Positions 38,588 to 47,948 of a stretch of DNA of 64,000 bases are shown here, in pieces. The stretch lies in the NCBI GenBank assembly GCA_963805625.1, contig CAWDVE010000013.1, forward strand, positions 192,001 to 256,000, written 5' to 3'. The stretch comes from an uncultured Candidatus Rokubacteria bacterium. Its GTDB lineage: Bacteria; Methylomirabilota; Methylomirabilia; Rokubacteriales; DASRDR01. A model generated the notes under the pieces. It was not told where the DNA came from. It made no database searches and saw nothing but the letters and a program-made list of their open reading frames with translations. Numbering within the stretch: position 1 is the stretch's first letter; each line of letters starts with the position of its first letter. Both the position numbers and the translations under genes were made by a program.

Positions 38588-39993
38588 CGACGAATCACCT
38601 GGCGTCCGGACGCGCGCACGTCGTGGGCCGGCTCCTTCCCCACACCCGCATCGCCGCCGCGCAGCTGCTCCTCGTGGTGGCGGTCGCGACCGGCCCCGCG
38701 ACGGCCGGCGCCCAGGTGTTCCTGGCGACCCGCCCGAATCCCGAGTTCGAGGTCGGGCCGCTCTTCATCCGGGCGAGCGTCGGGCCCGCGCTTGGCCCGG
38801 TGACGGTAGACGTGTTGTGGAGCCTCGCGGTGCCGCCCACGCGCAGCGCCCTCGGTCTCGAGCAGGACATCTACCTGCTCTGGCCCGCCGAGCTCCGCGG
38901 GGAGGAGAAGCGTGCTGGCGACGCCGCGCTCGGCGAGTACGTCCGCAGCCGAGGCTTCACGGTGACGGGCGAGGGTCGGCTTCCGCTCTTCGTCGAGGAG
39001 CTCTACCCCGCGCCCGGGGCGACGTCGCCCGCCCGCGAGATCGGCACCGCACCCTTCGTGTCGTTCCGCCAGGTCGGTCTCGAGGCCCTGGGGGTCCAGC
39101 CCACCGCTTCCATGATCCGGATCCCGTGGACACCCGATCTCGTGAACCGCGTCCGCCTCATGAAGCTCCGACTGCGATTCGATGGCGCCATGAGGCACAA
39201 GCCCGCCATCTGGATCGAGGATCTCGTCCGGGGGCCACGCCACGTCCTCGCGCTGAGCTTCAACGACGTCCGGAATCCGGCGCTCTTCCCCCTCTACCTG
39301 GAGAATCGCGCCCGGGCCCTCGAGCTCGCGAGCGAGCCGTCACAGATGCTCGTGCGCTTTGGGGACGCGAAACACCTCCGCATCGACGAGATCTACCCTC
39401 GCGCAGGTACCCACGAGCCGACCGACGGGGCGCCGGGCAGCGAGACCGTCTCCGTCTTCCTGGACACCTCGGAGGGCTCGCTACCTCAGCTGCTCACCAT
39501 CCAGTTCGGATACACCTCGGGACTCCAGGCCTGGATCCCGATCGTCATTCCGCTCGTCTTCTTCCTGCTCGGTCGCTCGGCCGGCCCGATCATCGAGCGG
39601 GTTGTGCGGGCGGTCGGCCACCGCGTGTCCGCCCGCCTGCGTTTCGGGCGCGGCGCCAAGCCCGCCGGTCGGGCGGAGGGCGCGTTCCTCTCGCGCGAGA
39701 CTCTCGCACGGATCGTACCCGGGCGGACCACGCGCGAGGAAGTGCTCGCGCTGTGCGGCCATAAGACCCTCGAGGAGCAGGAACGGCTCGGCGCCCCGGA
39801 CCGGCATACCCTCGTGTACCGAGGCCGCCGGATCGTGCCGAGGCAGGAGCGGCGGCTCCTGTGGTTCGTCTCGAGGGTCGGTGACTGGGAGCTCGAGGAG
39901 CAGCAGGTCGAGATCGCCCTCGAGCAGAACGTGGTGCAGGACGTCCAGGCGCGGGTCCGCCGGGCGCGCCTCCCCCACCCCAACGCGGCTTGA
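38584..39993 (+). CDS. Hypothetical exported/membrane protein
   Basis: Signal-like segment ending AGA-Q, one TM (WIPIVIPLVFFLLG), C-terminal PGRTTREEVL..G; ATGA-coupled to the LLM gene. Confidence 0.75.
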   Translation: MTTNHLASGRAHVVGRLLPHTRIAAAQLLLVVAVATGPATAGAQVFLATRPNPEFEVGPLFIRASVGPALGPVTVDVLWSLAVPPTRSALGLEQDIYLLWPAELRGEEKRAGDAALGEYVRSRGFTVTGEGRLPLFVEELYPAPGATSPAREIGTAPFVSFRQVGLEALGVQPTASMIRIPWTPDLVNRVRLMKLRLRFDGAMRHKPAIWIEDLVRGPRHVLALSFNDVRNPALFPLYLENRARALELASEPSQMLVRFGDAKHLRIDEIYPRAGTHEPTDGAPGSETVSVFLDTSEGSLPQLLTIQFGYTSGLQAWIPIVIPLVFFLLGRSAGPIIERVVRAVGHRVSARLRFGRGAKPAGRAEGAFLSRETLARIVPGRTTREEVLALCGHKTLEEQERLGAPDRHTLVYRGRRIVPRQERRLLWFVSRVGDWELEEQQVEIALEQNVVQDVQARVRRARLPHPNAA

Positions 39994-40052
39994 CCCGAGC
40001 CGCCGCGGCTGGCCTGCGCCGGACGCGGATCGCTGCCTCTCCGAGCGCTACG

Positions 40053-40634
40053 CTACGCCTTCGGCTTGACCCAGGTCTCCGACCAGGCGAGGCACGCGCT
40101 CGACGACTGCCGGTCGCCTCGAGTCTCGGGCCAGACGCTCCCCGACGCGACCTGCCCGTTGAGCGTCACCTGGGCCGACCGGGCCGGGAAGAACGTGCTG
40201 AACACCCCGATCGGCCGGTTCGCGGACCCGGGTGGCATCGTGAGTACGAACGGGTCGTAGAAGTCGTACCAGGCGAGGACGATCTCGTCGTCGGCCGAGA
40301 CGACGCGCTCGGTCGCCACCCCGCGCGGGTCCCCGTCTCGCTCGAAGGACGCCTCGATCACCGGCAGCGTCGGGTCCGCCGTGGGCGGGAACAGGATCGA
40401 CTCGATCTCGCGCTGGAGCCAGCGCGTCATGGCGATGTTGTCGCTGTAGATCCGCGGCTTGCCCCCGGTCAGCTCCGCCTGGACGAGGAGCACGTGACCC
40501 GGGCCCGCCGGGCACCACAGCACGCGCCAGTGGCTCCAGCGGTCGGCCAGAGTCTTGCCGCCGTCGTGGCTCAGGCGGACGAAGGAGTTCTCACCGGTCA
40601 TCAGGACGTCGTTCGGGTCCACCGGAGTGGTCAT
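40053..40634 (-). CDS. Hypothetical protein
   Basis: SD GAGGAG before ATG 40634; globular, Trp-rich 193-aa product; extended -10 TGCTACGAT upstream. Confidence 0.75.
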   Translation of the reverse strand: MTTPVDPNDVLMTGENSFVRLSHDGGKTLADRWSHWRVLWCPAGPGHVLLVQAELTGGKPRIYSDNIAMTRWLQREIESILFPPTADPTLPVIEASFERDGDPRGVATERVVSADDEIVLAWYDFYDPFVLTMPPGSANRPIGVFSTFFPARSAQVTLNGQVASGSVWPETRGDRQSSSACLAWSETWVKPKA

Positions 40635-40731
40635 GTTGCGCTCCTCGTGAGTGAGTCTCGGATGAGAGTGACGGTCTCGTGCCGATCCCGGACGACGACC
40701 GGGACGTATCGTAGCACGGCCCCCGCGCGCG

Positions 40732-41958
40732 TCAGATCGGCCGCCTGGCCGCCGTGCCGGCCAGCGCGGTCGCGACCGCCCCGAGGACGCACGCCCCCGC
40801 GGCGACCGCGAAGACGGCACTCGTCCGGCCCGTGACGTCGATGACCGCGCCCGTGACGACGTCGCCGAGCGCCGCCATCCCGTACCCGACGCCGTTCATG
40901 AACCCGACGCCTGCGCCGACGCTCCGGGGGCCGAGGAGCTCCGCCCCCAGCACGGTGAACGAGGGGAACGGGCCGAACACGAGAAACCCGGCGGCGAAGA
41001 GCAGCACGAGACTGCGGGCATCTGGCGGGACGCCCATGAGCCCGAGCGTCGCCCCCGCCGCGAGGACGAGACACAGCACGATCAGCCGGGAATGGTTGCC
41101 GCCGAGGAAGCGGTCGACGGCGTCTCCCCCGGCGAGGGCCCCGAGGGCCATCCCCACCGGCAGGGCCAGCGGGATCCACGCGACCCCCGGACTCGCCGCA
41201 CTTCCGGTGCCCAGCAGGTGCGACGGCACCCACACGAGGAGACCGAGGCGGGCCCAGTTCGCGAAGCCGAATCCGAGTGACGCGAAGAGGAACGCGCGGT
41301 TCGAGAAGGCGGCGCGGAGACGGGCGCCGAGGGACGCAGTCGCCTCACCGGCCACGCTGGCGGGACGCGGCAGGGGGCCAGACTCGCCATCCTCCGCCCG
41401 CGGCGGGAGGCCGAGATCCTCAGGGCGATCCCGCGCGAACAGCCAGACCACCGCCGCACCCCCGAGGAGCAGGAGGACCGGGAGCCGCAGGACCCAGCGC
41501 CACGAGAGCCACGTGAGGACGAGCGCCGCCGCTCCGAACGTCACCACCGACGAGAAGCCGGCCGCGAAATTGAAGACGCCGAACGCCCAGCCGCGCTCGC
41601 GCGGCGCCCACCAGGCGGCGATGAGGCGGCTTGCCGGCGCGAAGCCCATCGACTGCGCGGGGCCGTTCAGGGCCCAGGGAATCGCGAGGCTCCAGAAGTC
41701 GCCGCCGAAGCTCGTGAGCCAGTTCAGGGCGCACGAGCTCACGGCACCGAGCGCGACCAGGCGCCGGCCGCCCACGCGATCCGCGAAGTGCCCACTCACG
41801 AGCTGTCCGGCCCCATAGAGGATCAGGCCGGCGCCGCTGATCCAGCCGATCTCGGTGGCGCTCAGTCCCAGCTCGGCCCGGAGCCCCGGAATCGCCCAGC
41901 CGAGGTTCTGCCGGCCGGTGTAGTAGACGAGATAGCACACGCTCGTCGCGAGGAGCAC
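40732..41958 (-). CDS. MFS transporter (GlpT/OPA organo-anion family-like)
   Basis: YLVYYTGRQN, YGAGQ..SG..ADRVGGRR, QSMG, WW..RERG, NGVGY. True start uncertain. Confidence 0.85.
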   Translation of the reverse strand: MLLATSVCYLVYYTGRQNLGWAIPGLRAELGLSATEIGWISGAGLILYGAGQLVSGHFADRVGGRRLVALGAVSSCALNWLTSFGGDFWSLAIPWALNGPAQSMGFAPASRLIAAWWAPRERGWAFGVFNFAAGFSSVVTFGAAALVLTWLSWRWVLRLPVLLLLGGAAVVWLFARDRPEDLGLPPRAEDGESGPLPRPASVAGEATASLGARLRAAFSNRAFLFASLGFGFANWARLGLLVWVPSHLLGTGSAASPGVAWIPLALPVGMALGALAGGDAVDRFLGGNHSRLIVLCLVLAAGATLGLMGVPPDARSLVLLFAAGFLVFGPFPSFTVLGAELLGPRSVGAGVGFMNGVGYGMAALGDVVTGAVIDVTGRTSAVFAVAAGACVLGAVATALAGTAARRPI

Positions 41959-42031
41959 CCGCCGCTGCGCGCGGCGGAACGCGGGGGACGCCGGCTCGGG
42001 CGAGCCTACGCGGGAGCTCCGGACCGTGGGC

Positions 42032-42604
42032 TCACCGGACGGCGGGCACGGCGGCGAGCGCCTGTCGGAACCGCCGCGCGTATCCGACCACGTCGCGGCC
42101 GAGCCCCCCTTCGGCCCGGCCCTGGCTGACCTTGACGGGCACGACGAACGGACCGTCCTCGGCGAGAATGCGATCGAACGCCTGCTCGAGCTCGGTCTCG
42201 TTCCGAGGCTCCAGTACCTTCTCGATCCCCGCCCCCCGGGCCATCTGGGCGAAGCTCGATCGGTGCGCGGTCGCCGTGGGCTGGCCGCCCGTGGTCATGT
42301 GGACCTCGTTGTCCCAGATGACCAGTGCGAAGTTCGCGGGCTGGAGCGTTGCGATCGTGCAGAGCGACCCCAGGTTCATGAGGAGCGACCCGTCCCCGTC
42401 CAGGCACACGACGCGGACGTCCCGGCGGGCCAGCGCGATCCCCAGCCCGATGGACGAGCACTGGCCCATGGCGCCAAACGTGTAGCAGTTGAGCGGCCGG
42501 TCGCCGAGGCGCTGGAGGTCCATCGTGGCCTGGCCGAGGTTCGAGACGATGACCTCGTCGGTGAGCCGACTCACGAGCAGGCGGGTCGCGGTCGCGCGAT
42601 CCAC
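42032..42604 (-). CDS. comE: ThDP-dependent decarboxylase beta subunit (sulfopyruvate/phosphonopyruvate decarboxylase-like)
   Basis: GAMG..SSIGLGIALA, DGDGSLLMNLG...DN ThDP motif, TGGQPT. Start reset to GTG 42604. Confidence 0.75.
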   Translation of the reverse strand: MDRATATRLLVSRLTDEVIVSNLGQATMDLQRLGDRPLNCYTFGAMGQCSSIGLGIALARRDVRVVCLDGDGSLLMNLGSLCTIATLQPANFALVIWDNEVHMTTGGQPTATAHRSSFAQMARGAGIEKVLEPRNETELEQAFDRILAEDGPFVVPVKVSQGRAEGGLGRDVVGYARRFRQALAAVPAVR

Positions 42605-42612
42605 GTCGCGAC

Positions 42613-43128
42613 TCAGCCGAGCTTCCCGCCGGTGAGCTCGGCGGGCAGGACGAAGGCCACGGGGAGCGACTGCGTGTAGCTCAGCTTGATGAGGCCGTCG
42701 GCCTGGGCCTCGAGGTCCGCGACGGAGCGCGGCATGACGTGCCGGATGCCCATGGCGTCGAGGAGGCGCTCGGTGGCCTGGCCCATGGGCACCTGCGCGG
42801 GATTGAACTCGCCGAGGTCGCCCCGGTGGCTGATCACGAGCACGACCGGGAGCTGGGAGGCGATGTTGAGGGAGCCCAGCGTGTTTATGCAGTTGCCGAG
42901 CCCGCTGTTCTGCATCAGGAGCGCCCCCCGCTGCCCCCCGAGCCAGGCCCCGGACAGGATCCCGAGCGCCTCCTCTTCCCGGGTCGCCGTCACGACGGTG
43001 CACGCGGGATCGGCCCAGAGGTGCTCCAGCACGTGCGAGACGATGTAGTCGGGCACCGTCGCGAAGAGGCGGATGTCATTCCGCCGCAGCACGTCCGCCA
43101 CGTGCTTGGACCAGCTCAGATCGGCCAT
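42613..43128 (-). CDS. comD: ThDP-dependent decarboxylase alpha subunit (sulfopyruvate decarboxylase-like)
   Basis: VPD, TREEEALGI..GA, LMQNSGLGN, RG..GE...AQVPMG; SD GGAGG. Confidence 0.78.
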   Translation of the reverse strand: MADLSWSKHVADVLRRNDIRLFATVPDYIVSHVLEHLWADPACTVVTATREEEALGILSGAWLGGQRGALLMQNSGLGNCINTLGSLNIASQLPVVLVISHRGDLGEFNPAQVPMGQATERLLDAMGIRHVMPRSVADLEAQADGLIKLSYTQSLPVAFVLPAELTGGKLG

Positions 43129-43183
43129 GCCTCCCCTCCCAGGCGCCGACGATAGCATGGGGCGGGGCCCCGACGGAACTCGC

Positions 43184-43879
43184 TCACACGACCGCGCCGA
43201 ACAGCGCGCCGATCACGGCCGTCACGGCCATCGCGAGAGCGCCCCAGAACACCACGCGGGCCGTGCCCGCCCACGGGCGCGCCCCTCCGACTCGGGCGGC
43301 AAGCCACCCCAGTCCGCCCAGCAACACGAGCGACGTGCTGCCCACCACCGGAGCCAGCACCGTCTCCGGGCTGAGGGCGACGGTCACCAGCGGTGCCGCG
43401 GCGCCCACGGCAAAGCTCGCGGCCGACGCAAGGGCGGCCTGCAAGGGCCGCGCACGGAGCACCTCCGAGATACCCAGCTCGTCACGAGCATGGCTCGCCA
43501 GGGCATCGTGAGCCGTCAGCTGGACAGCCACCGTGTGAGCCAGGTCCGGGTCGAGACCGCGGCCGACGTATATGGCCGCCAGCTCCGCGAGCTCCGCATC
43601 CGGCTCCGAAGCCAGCTCTTTCTCCTCTCGCCTCAGGTCAGCGCGCTCCGTGTCGGCCTGCGAGCTGACCGACACGAACTCCCCGGCGGCCATGGACATC
43701 GCGCCGGCGACGAGGCCGGCCGTGCCCGCGACCAGCACGCTCGAGGTGCCCGCGTGAGCCGCCGCCACACCCAGGACCAGGCTCGCCGTCGACACGATCC
43801 CATCGTTGGCACCGAGGACCGAAGCCCGAAGCCAACCGATGTGTGCCGTGCGATGTGTTTCAGCATGACGAGATCGCAT
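43184..43879 (-). CDS. VIT1/CCC1 family iron/manganese transporter
   Basis: WLRASVLGANDGIVS, AGAMSMAAGEFVSVSSQ, HARDELG, P.QAA..SA.SF. Confidence 0.93.
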   Translation of the reverse strand: MRSRHAETHRTAHIGWLRASVLGANDGIVSTASLVLGVAAAHAGTSSVLVAGTAGLVAGAMSMAAGEFVSVSSQADTERADLRREEKELASEPDAELAELAAIYVGRGLDPDLAHTVAVQLTAHDALASHARDELGISEVLRARPLQAALASAASFAVGAAAPLVTVALSPETVLAPVVGSTSLVLLGGLGWLAARVGGARPWAGTARVVFWGALAMAVTAVIGALFGAVV

Positions 43880-43916
43880 GGCGTTTCCCCTCACTGCCCT
43901 CTTGATGCGACACCCC

Positions 43917-43940
43917 GCACGAGTCACAGCACGAGTCACA
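43917..43940. repeat. Perfect 12-bp tandem direct repeat in the VIT1/SDR divergent region
   Basis: GCACGAGTCACA x2. Confidence 0.7.
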
Positions 43941-44110
43941 GAAAGACAACCGCGATTGTCCCGAGTCCCAGCATAGCCGGGCCGGGACCGACGGGACAAC
44001 GGAGGTTACGTGGGTTGCCGGGGCGTCTGTCACGGCTTCTCCGCCGGGTATCCTTGCGGTACTGTACGCGTCGGGCCGCGAGTGGATCCGCTCGCGGGAC
44101 GGAGGGGACC

Positions 44111-44866
44111 ATGCGTCTCGTCGGGAAGGTCGCGCTGGTGACGGGCGCCCAGCAGGGCATCGGCCGCGCCGTCGCGGTGGCGCTCGCGCGCGAGGGCGCC
44201 GCCGTGGGTGTCAACTACCTCGACGATCGCCAGGCCGCCGAGGCGGTCGCCGGCGAGGTCCGCGGCGCGGGTCGCCGCGCGTGTCTCGTCCCGGGCGACG
44301 TCGCCCGGGCGAGCGACGCGGAGGCGATGGTGGGCGCCGTGGCACGGGAACTGGGAACGCCGGCGATCCTGGTCAACAACGCGGGGGTCTTCCCGCGTAT
44401 CGACTTCCTGGCCATGACCGAGGCCGACTGGGACCACGTCCTCGACGTGAACCTCAAGGGCAGCTTCCTCTGCGCCCAGGCCGCGGCGCGGCGGATGGTC
44501 GACGCGGGGCTGAACGGCGCCATCGTGAACCTCTCGTCGGTGGCCATGCGGGGGACGCCGCTCGGAGTCCACTACGCGGCGAGCAAGGCCGGTGTCATGG
44601 GGCTCACCCGCGCCATGGCGCTCGCGCTGGCGCCCCATCGAATCCGCGTCAACGCGATCGCGCCGGGGCTCACGGACACGGCGCAACCCCGCTACGGGAA
44701 CTCGGAGGCGGAGCTCGTGGAGCTCGGCCGCCAGATCCCGCTGGAGGGCCGGATGGCGAGACCGGAGGAGATCGCCCGCGTGGCCGTGTTCCTGGCCGCC
44801 GAGGAGTCGGGCTGGATCACCGGCCAAACCATCCACGTCAACGGCGGCGCCTTCATGGGCGGATAG
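44111..44866 (+). CDS. SDR family oxidoreductase (FabG-like)
   Basis: TGAQQGIG, NNAG, YAASK, VNAIAPG; SD GGAGG. Confidence 0.92.
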   Translation: MRLVGKVALVTGAQQGIGRAVAVALAREGAAVGVNYLDDRQAAEAVAGEVRGAGRRACLVPGDVARASDAEAMVGAVARELGTPAILVNNAGVFPRIDFLAMTEADWDHVLDVNLKGSFLCAQAAARRMVDAGLNGAIVNLSSVAMRGTPLGVHYAASKAGVMGLTRAMALALAPHRIRVNAIAPGLTDTAQPRYGNSEAELVELGRQIPLEGRMARPEEIARVAVFLAAEESGWITGQTIHVNGGAFMGG

Positions 44867-44875
44867 GAGGCAGCG

Positions 44876-45697
44876 ATGCGATACCGGTGGCCGGACGGTC
44901 AGCAGTGCGCGGTGGTGCTGTCATTCGATTTCGACGCCGAATCCGGGTTCCTCTTCCGGGAGCCGGACAAGGCCAGGCGGAGCCTGGCCGGACTCGAGGA
45001 GCGGCGCTTCGGGCCCCGGGTGGGGGTCGACCGGATCCTCCGGATGCTCGACCAGCTGCGGCTCCCGGCGACGTTCTTCATCCCGGGCTGGACCGTGGAG
45101 AACCACCGTCCGCAGGCGCTCCGGATCAAGGACGCGGGCCACGAGATCGGCGCCCACGGCAACGTCCACGAGGCGGTGGACGGCCTCGACGCGGCGCAGG
45201 AAGAAGCCGTGATGCGCGCGCAGCTCCGGATCCTCGCCGATCAGCTGAGTGTGCGTCCGGCCGGCTACCGGTCGCCTTCCTGGGACGTGAACGTCCGGAC
45301 CCCGGACATCCTGAAGGCCCACGGCTTCCTCTACGACAGCTCCCTCATGGGCGACGACGTCCCGTACCAGCTCGAGACGAGCCACGGCCCGCTGATCGAG
45401 GTCCCGGTGCAGTGGATCCTCGACGACGCGCCGCTCTTCCGCCACGTGTACGGGGCCACCAACGCCATCGCCGACCCAGCGCGGGTCTTCGACCTGTGGA
45501 GCCGTGAGTTCGCGGGAATCTACCGCGAGCAGGGGTGCTTCGTCCTCACGTGCCACCCCTTCGTGATCGGGCGGGCCTCGCGGATCATGCTCCTCGAGGA
45601 GCTGGTGGCGTACATGCGCCGCTTTCCGGGAGTCTGGTTCACGACGGGCGAGGCGATTGCCCGCTGGCACGAGAAGCAAGGGCCGGCCGGGCACTGA
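44876..45697 (+). CDS. Polysaccharide deacetylase family (PuuE/HP0310-like)
   Basis: SFDFD, ATFFIPG, HEIGAHGNVH, GYRSP, YDSSLMGDD, HP..IGR. Confidence 0.88.
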   Translation: MRYRWPDGQQCAVVLSFDFDAESGFLFREPDKARRSLAGLEERRFGPRVGVDRILRMLDQLRLPATFFIPGWTVENHRPQALRIKDAGHEIGAHGNVHEAVDGLDAAQEEAVMRAQLRILADQLSVRPAGYRSPSWDVNVRTPDILKAHGFLYDSSLMGDDVPYQLETSHGPLIEVPVQWILDDAPLFRHVYGATNAIADPARVFDLWSREFAGIYREQGCFVLTCHPFVIGRASRIMLLEELVAYMRRFPGVWFTTGEAIARWHEKQGPAGH

Positions 45698-45734
45698 GTC
45701 TTCCGGCCGTGGCCGGAGCGTGAGTCCGGCCGGC

Positions 45735-47948
45735 TCAGTCCTCGTCGGCCGCCGCGCGCGCGACGGCGCCGCGATATTGGCGGAAGTGCCGCCACGCCTG
45801 ACGGAGACCCCCGACCCCGGGCCCCGGCAAGCCGGTGCGGCCCGGCTTTCGGCCCGGGCGAACCATGGCCCAGCGGCACACCGCGCCGAGATAGCGGGCG
45901 CGGGCGCCGAGTGAGTCGTGCAGGAGGAACAGCACCGCATTCCGGCTGATCGGGTCGAGCTCGTCCACCCGCTCGGCGGCGCGGAACAGGCGGCGCCCCG
46001 CCACCGTCTCGAGGTCCCGCTCGAGCCCGTCCCGCGGCGCACTGCGCAGGAAGTCCGGCGGCATCGGCAGCCCCAGCTCGCGGGACAACACCGCCGCCGG
46101 CACCCAGAATCCCCGCGGCGCCCGCATGGCGACCACCCACCGTGCCAGCCGCTCCCAGTCGAGGTCGGGGCAGCTCCGGAGGATCGCCAGGATGTCCCAG
46201 CCGGCACGGAGTCCGTGCGAGAAGCAGTGCTGCGCGCAGTGGACCACCGAGTGCAGAAGCAGGCCCTCCGGATCGAGCGTGTCGATCTCCTCGGCCGACG
46301 CCAGGGGGCGAGCGCGTCCCAGCATCTCCCCTTCTGGCAGCCCCCAGTGAGGCGCGGAGATCCGGGTGTGGATCTCCACCAGGATGCCCTGGACCGTCAC
46401 CGGGGCGAGGTGGTGCGTCGACGTCGGCCGGGCGTCGGGAACGCCGCGAAATCCGAGCTCGAGCAGCCGCCGGCGGAGGGCCGGCCCGCGGTCGGGGCCG
46501 ACGTAGAGGTCGATGTCACCGGTGGCGCGAGGCGGAACCGGGGTCCCTTCCTCGCGAGCCCGGAGGGTCAGCGCCATCCCCTTCAGCAGGACACCCCGCG
46601 CGCCGATCGAGCGGAGGCCGGCCTCCAACTGCCGGAGCACGTCCCGCTGCACCAGTTCGCGGATCCCCTCGCGCACCGCCGCTGCCCGCAAGGCCTCCGT
46701 GAAGAAGGCGGGCGCCCAGCGCGCGAGTTCCGCATCGCCCAGCGCGGGCGTGAGCGGCCGGGCCAGCCCGCACGCCGCCAGGTACGACGCCCATCGCTTC
46801 CAGTCGACGTCAGGCCGGGAGAGGATCCGCGCGGGCTCCTCCGTCCACCGCGCCCCGGGCTCCGCCGCGGCCCGGAGGAAGACCCGGGCGGCCCCCGGCC
46901 CGTTGATGTACCCGGCGTTAAGCTCGCCCCGCCGCCGGCTGTCCTGGATCACGAGCCACGCGGCCCGCCGCTCCGCGGCGAGCCCCGGGTCCACGAGCCG
47001 CAGTCTCAGCGCCGCGACCGCGCCCGCGTCGGACGTGATGTGGAGGCACAGGTCACAGATGCCGAGATAGCGCGCCCGGAACGGGAAGTGCTCGAAGCCG
47101 GGGAGCGCCCGCAGCTCGTCTCGCAAGCGGGCCGGCCCCGACGTGCGGATCGTGTCGAGGATCGGGTCCTGACGATGACGCTCCAGCAGGGTCCCGAGCG
47201 TCTCGGTCCGGAGCGAGCCGACGATCAGGGGCGACGATTCCGGCGCGAAGTAGGCCGGCCCGTTGCACGCTGTCAGGCGGCCGTCGTCCGTCACCGCCGG
47301 AATCGCGCACGCGGAGCAGAAGCCGTCCACCGCGCCGCCCATCGTCTCGGTCGGCAGGCCACGCGCCCGGCCGACCGCCTGGAGTCCGTAGAATCGCAGA
47401 CGCGTGCCGCGAAGGCCCTCGAACGGCGCGACCAGCGGGGCGAGCCCGTCCTCCCCTGCCGGCCCGGCCGGCACGACCAGGCTGATCCGGACGGGCAGGC
47501 CCACCTTCTCGGCGGCGCGGGCGATGAGGAGCGCCGGGGTCGGGCCCTGGAACTCGTCGTGGTAGCGGTCGACGCTGACGGCCAGCGAACCGAGGCCAGC
47601 CCTCCGGAGCGCCTGGACGCCGTGCCACGCCCGGGCGGCGGTGCGCCCCCAGGATCCGTTCGTCGTCAGCGACGTGGCGACGCCGAGTTGGCGCGCCGTC
47701 CGGACGAGCCGCAGGATGGTCCGAGGGCGGAGCATCGGCTCCCCGCCCGTCAGGTTGATCGCCCGGACGTCGCCTGCGGCCGCCTCACGGACACGGTCGA
47801 GAAGCTCTCGCTCCGTCGGCTCGTCCCGGAGATCGGGGCTGCTCTCCACGCTGCAGTGGCCGCATCGCATGTTGCAGCGGCGCGTCACCATGAGAGCTAT
47901 CGACGTGGCCGGCGGGAGCGTCTTCACTCGCATGCGGGCCGAGCTCAT
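45735..47948 (-). CDS. Radical SAM (YydG/EpeE-like, twitch-type) fused to an uncharacterised nucleotidyltransferase (NTP_transf_5-like)
   Basis: CNMRCGHC (47853-47876), TGGEP, TNGSWG, SVDRYH, CSAC..TACNGP..ICDLC; then LLKG..R.TGDIDLYV..VEIH and LLHSVVH. ATG 47948 overlaps the kinase stop. Confidence 0.85.
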   Translation of the reverse strand: MSSARMRVKTLPPATSIALMVTRRCNMRCGHCSVESSPDLRDEPTERELLDRVREAAAGDVRAINLTGGEPMLRPRTILRLVRTARQLGVATSLTTNGSWGRTAARAWHGVQALRRAGLGSLAVSVDRYHDEFQGPTPALLIARAAEKVGLPVRISLVVPAGPAGEDGLAPLVAPFEGLRGTRLRFYGLQAVGRARGLPTETMGGAVDGFCSACAIPAVTDDGRLTACNGPAYFAPESSPLIVGSLRTETLGTLLERHRQDPILDTIRTSGPARLRDELRALPGFEHFPFRARYLGICDLCLHITSDAGAVAALRLRLVDPGLAAERRAAWLVIQDSRRRGELNAGYINGPGAARVFLRAAAEPGARWTEEPARILSRPDVDWKRWASYLAACGLARPLTPALGDAELARWAPAFFTEALRAAAVREGIRELVQRDVLRQLEAGLRSIGARGVLLKGMALTLRAREEGTPVPPRATGDIDLYVGPDRGPALRRRLLELGFRGVPDARPTSTHHLAPVTVQGILVEIHTRISAPHWGLPEGEMLGRARPLASAEEIDTLDPEGLLLHSVVHCAQHCFSHGLRAGWDILAILRSCPDLDWERLARWVVAMRAPRGFWVPAAVLSRELGLPMPPDFLRSAPRDGLERDLETVAGRRLFRAAERVDELDPISRNAVLFLLHDSLGARARYLGAVCRWAMVRPGRKPGRTGLPGPGVGGLRQAWRHFRQYRGAVARAAADED

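Noticed and set aside
42032-43128. Coenzyme M or phosphonate natural-product biosynthesis cluster
   Set aside because: No comA/B/C, cysteate synthase or PEP mutase nearby; the decarboxylase alone is not diagnostic.
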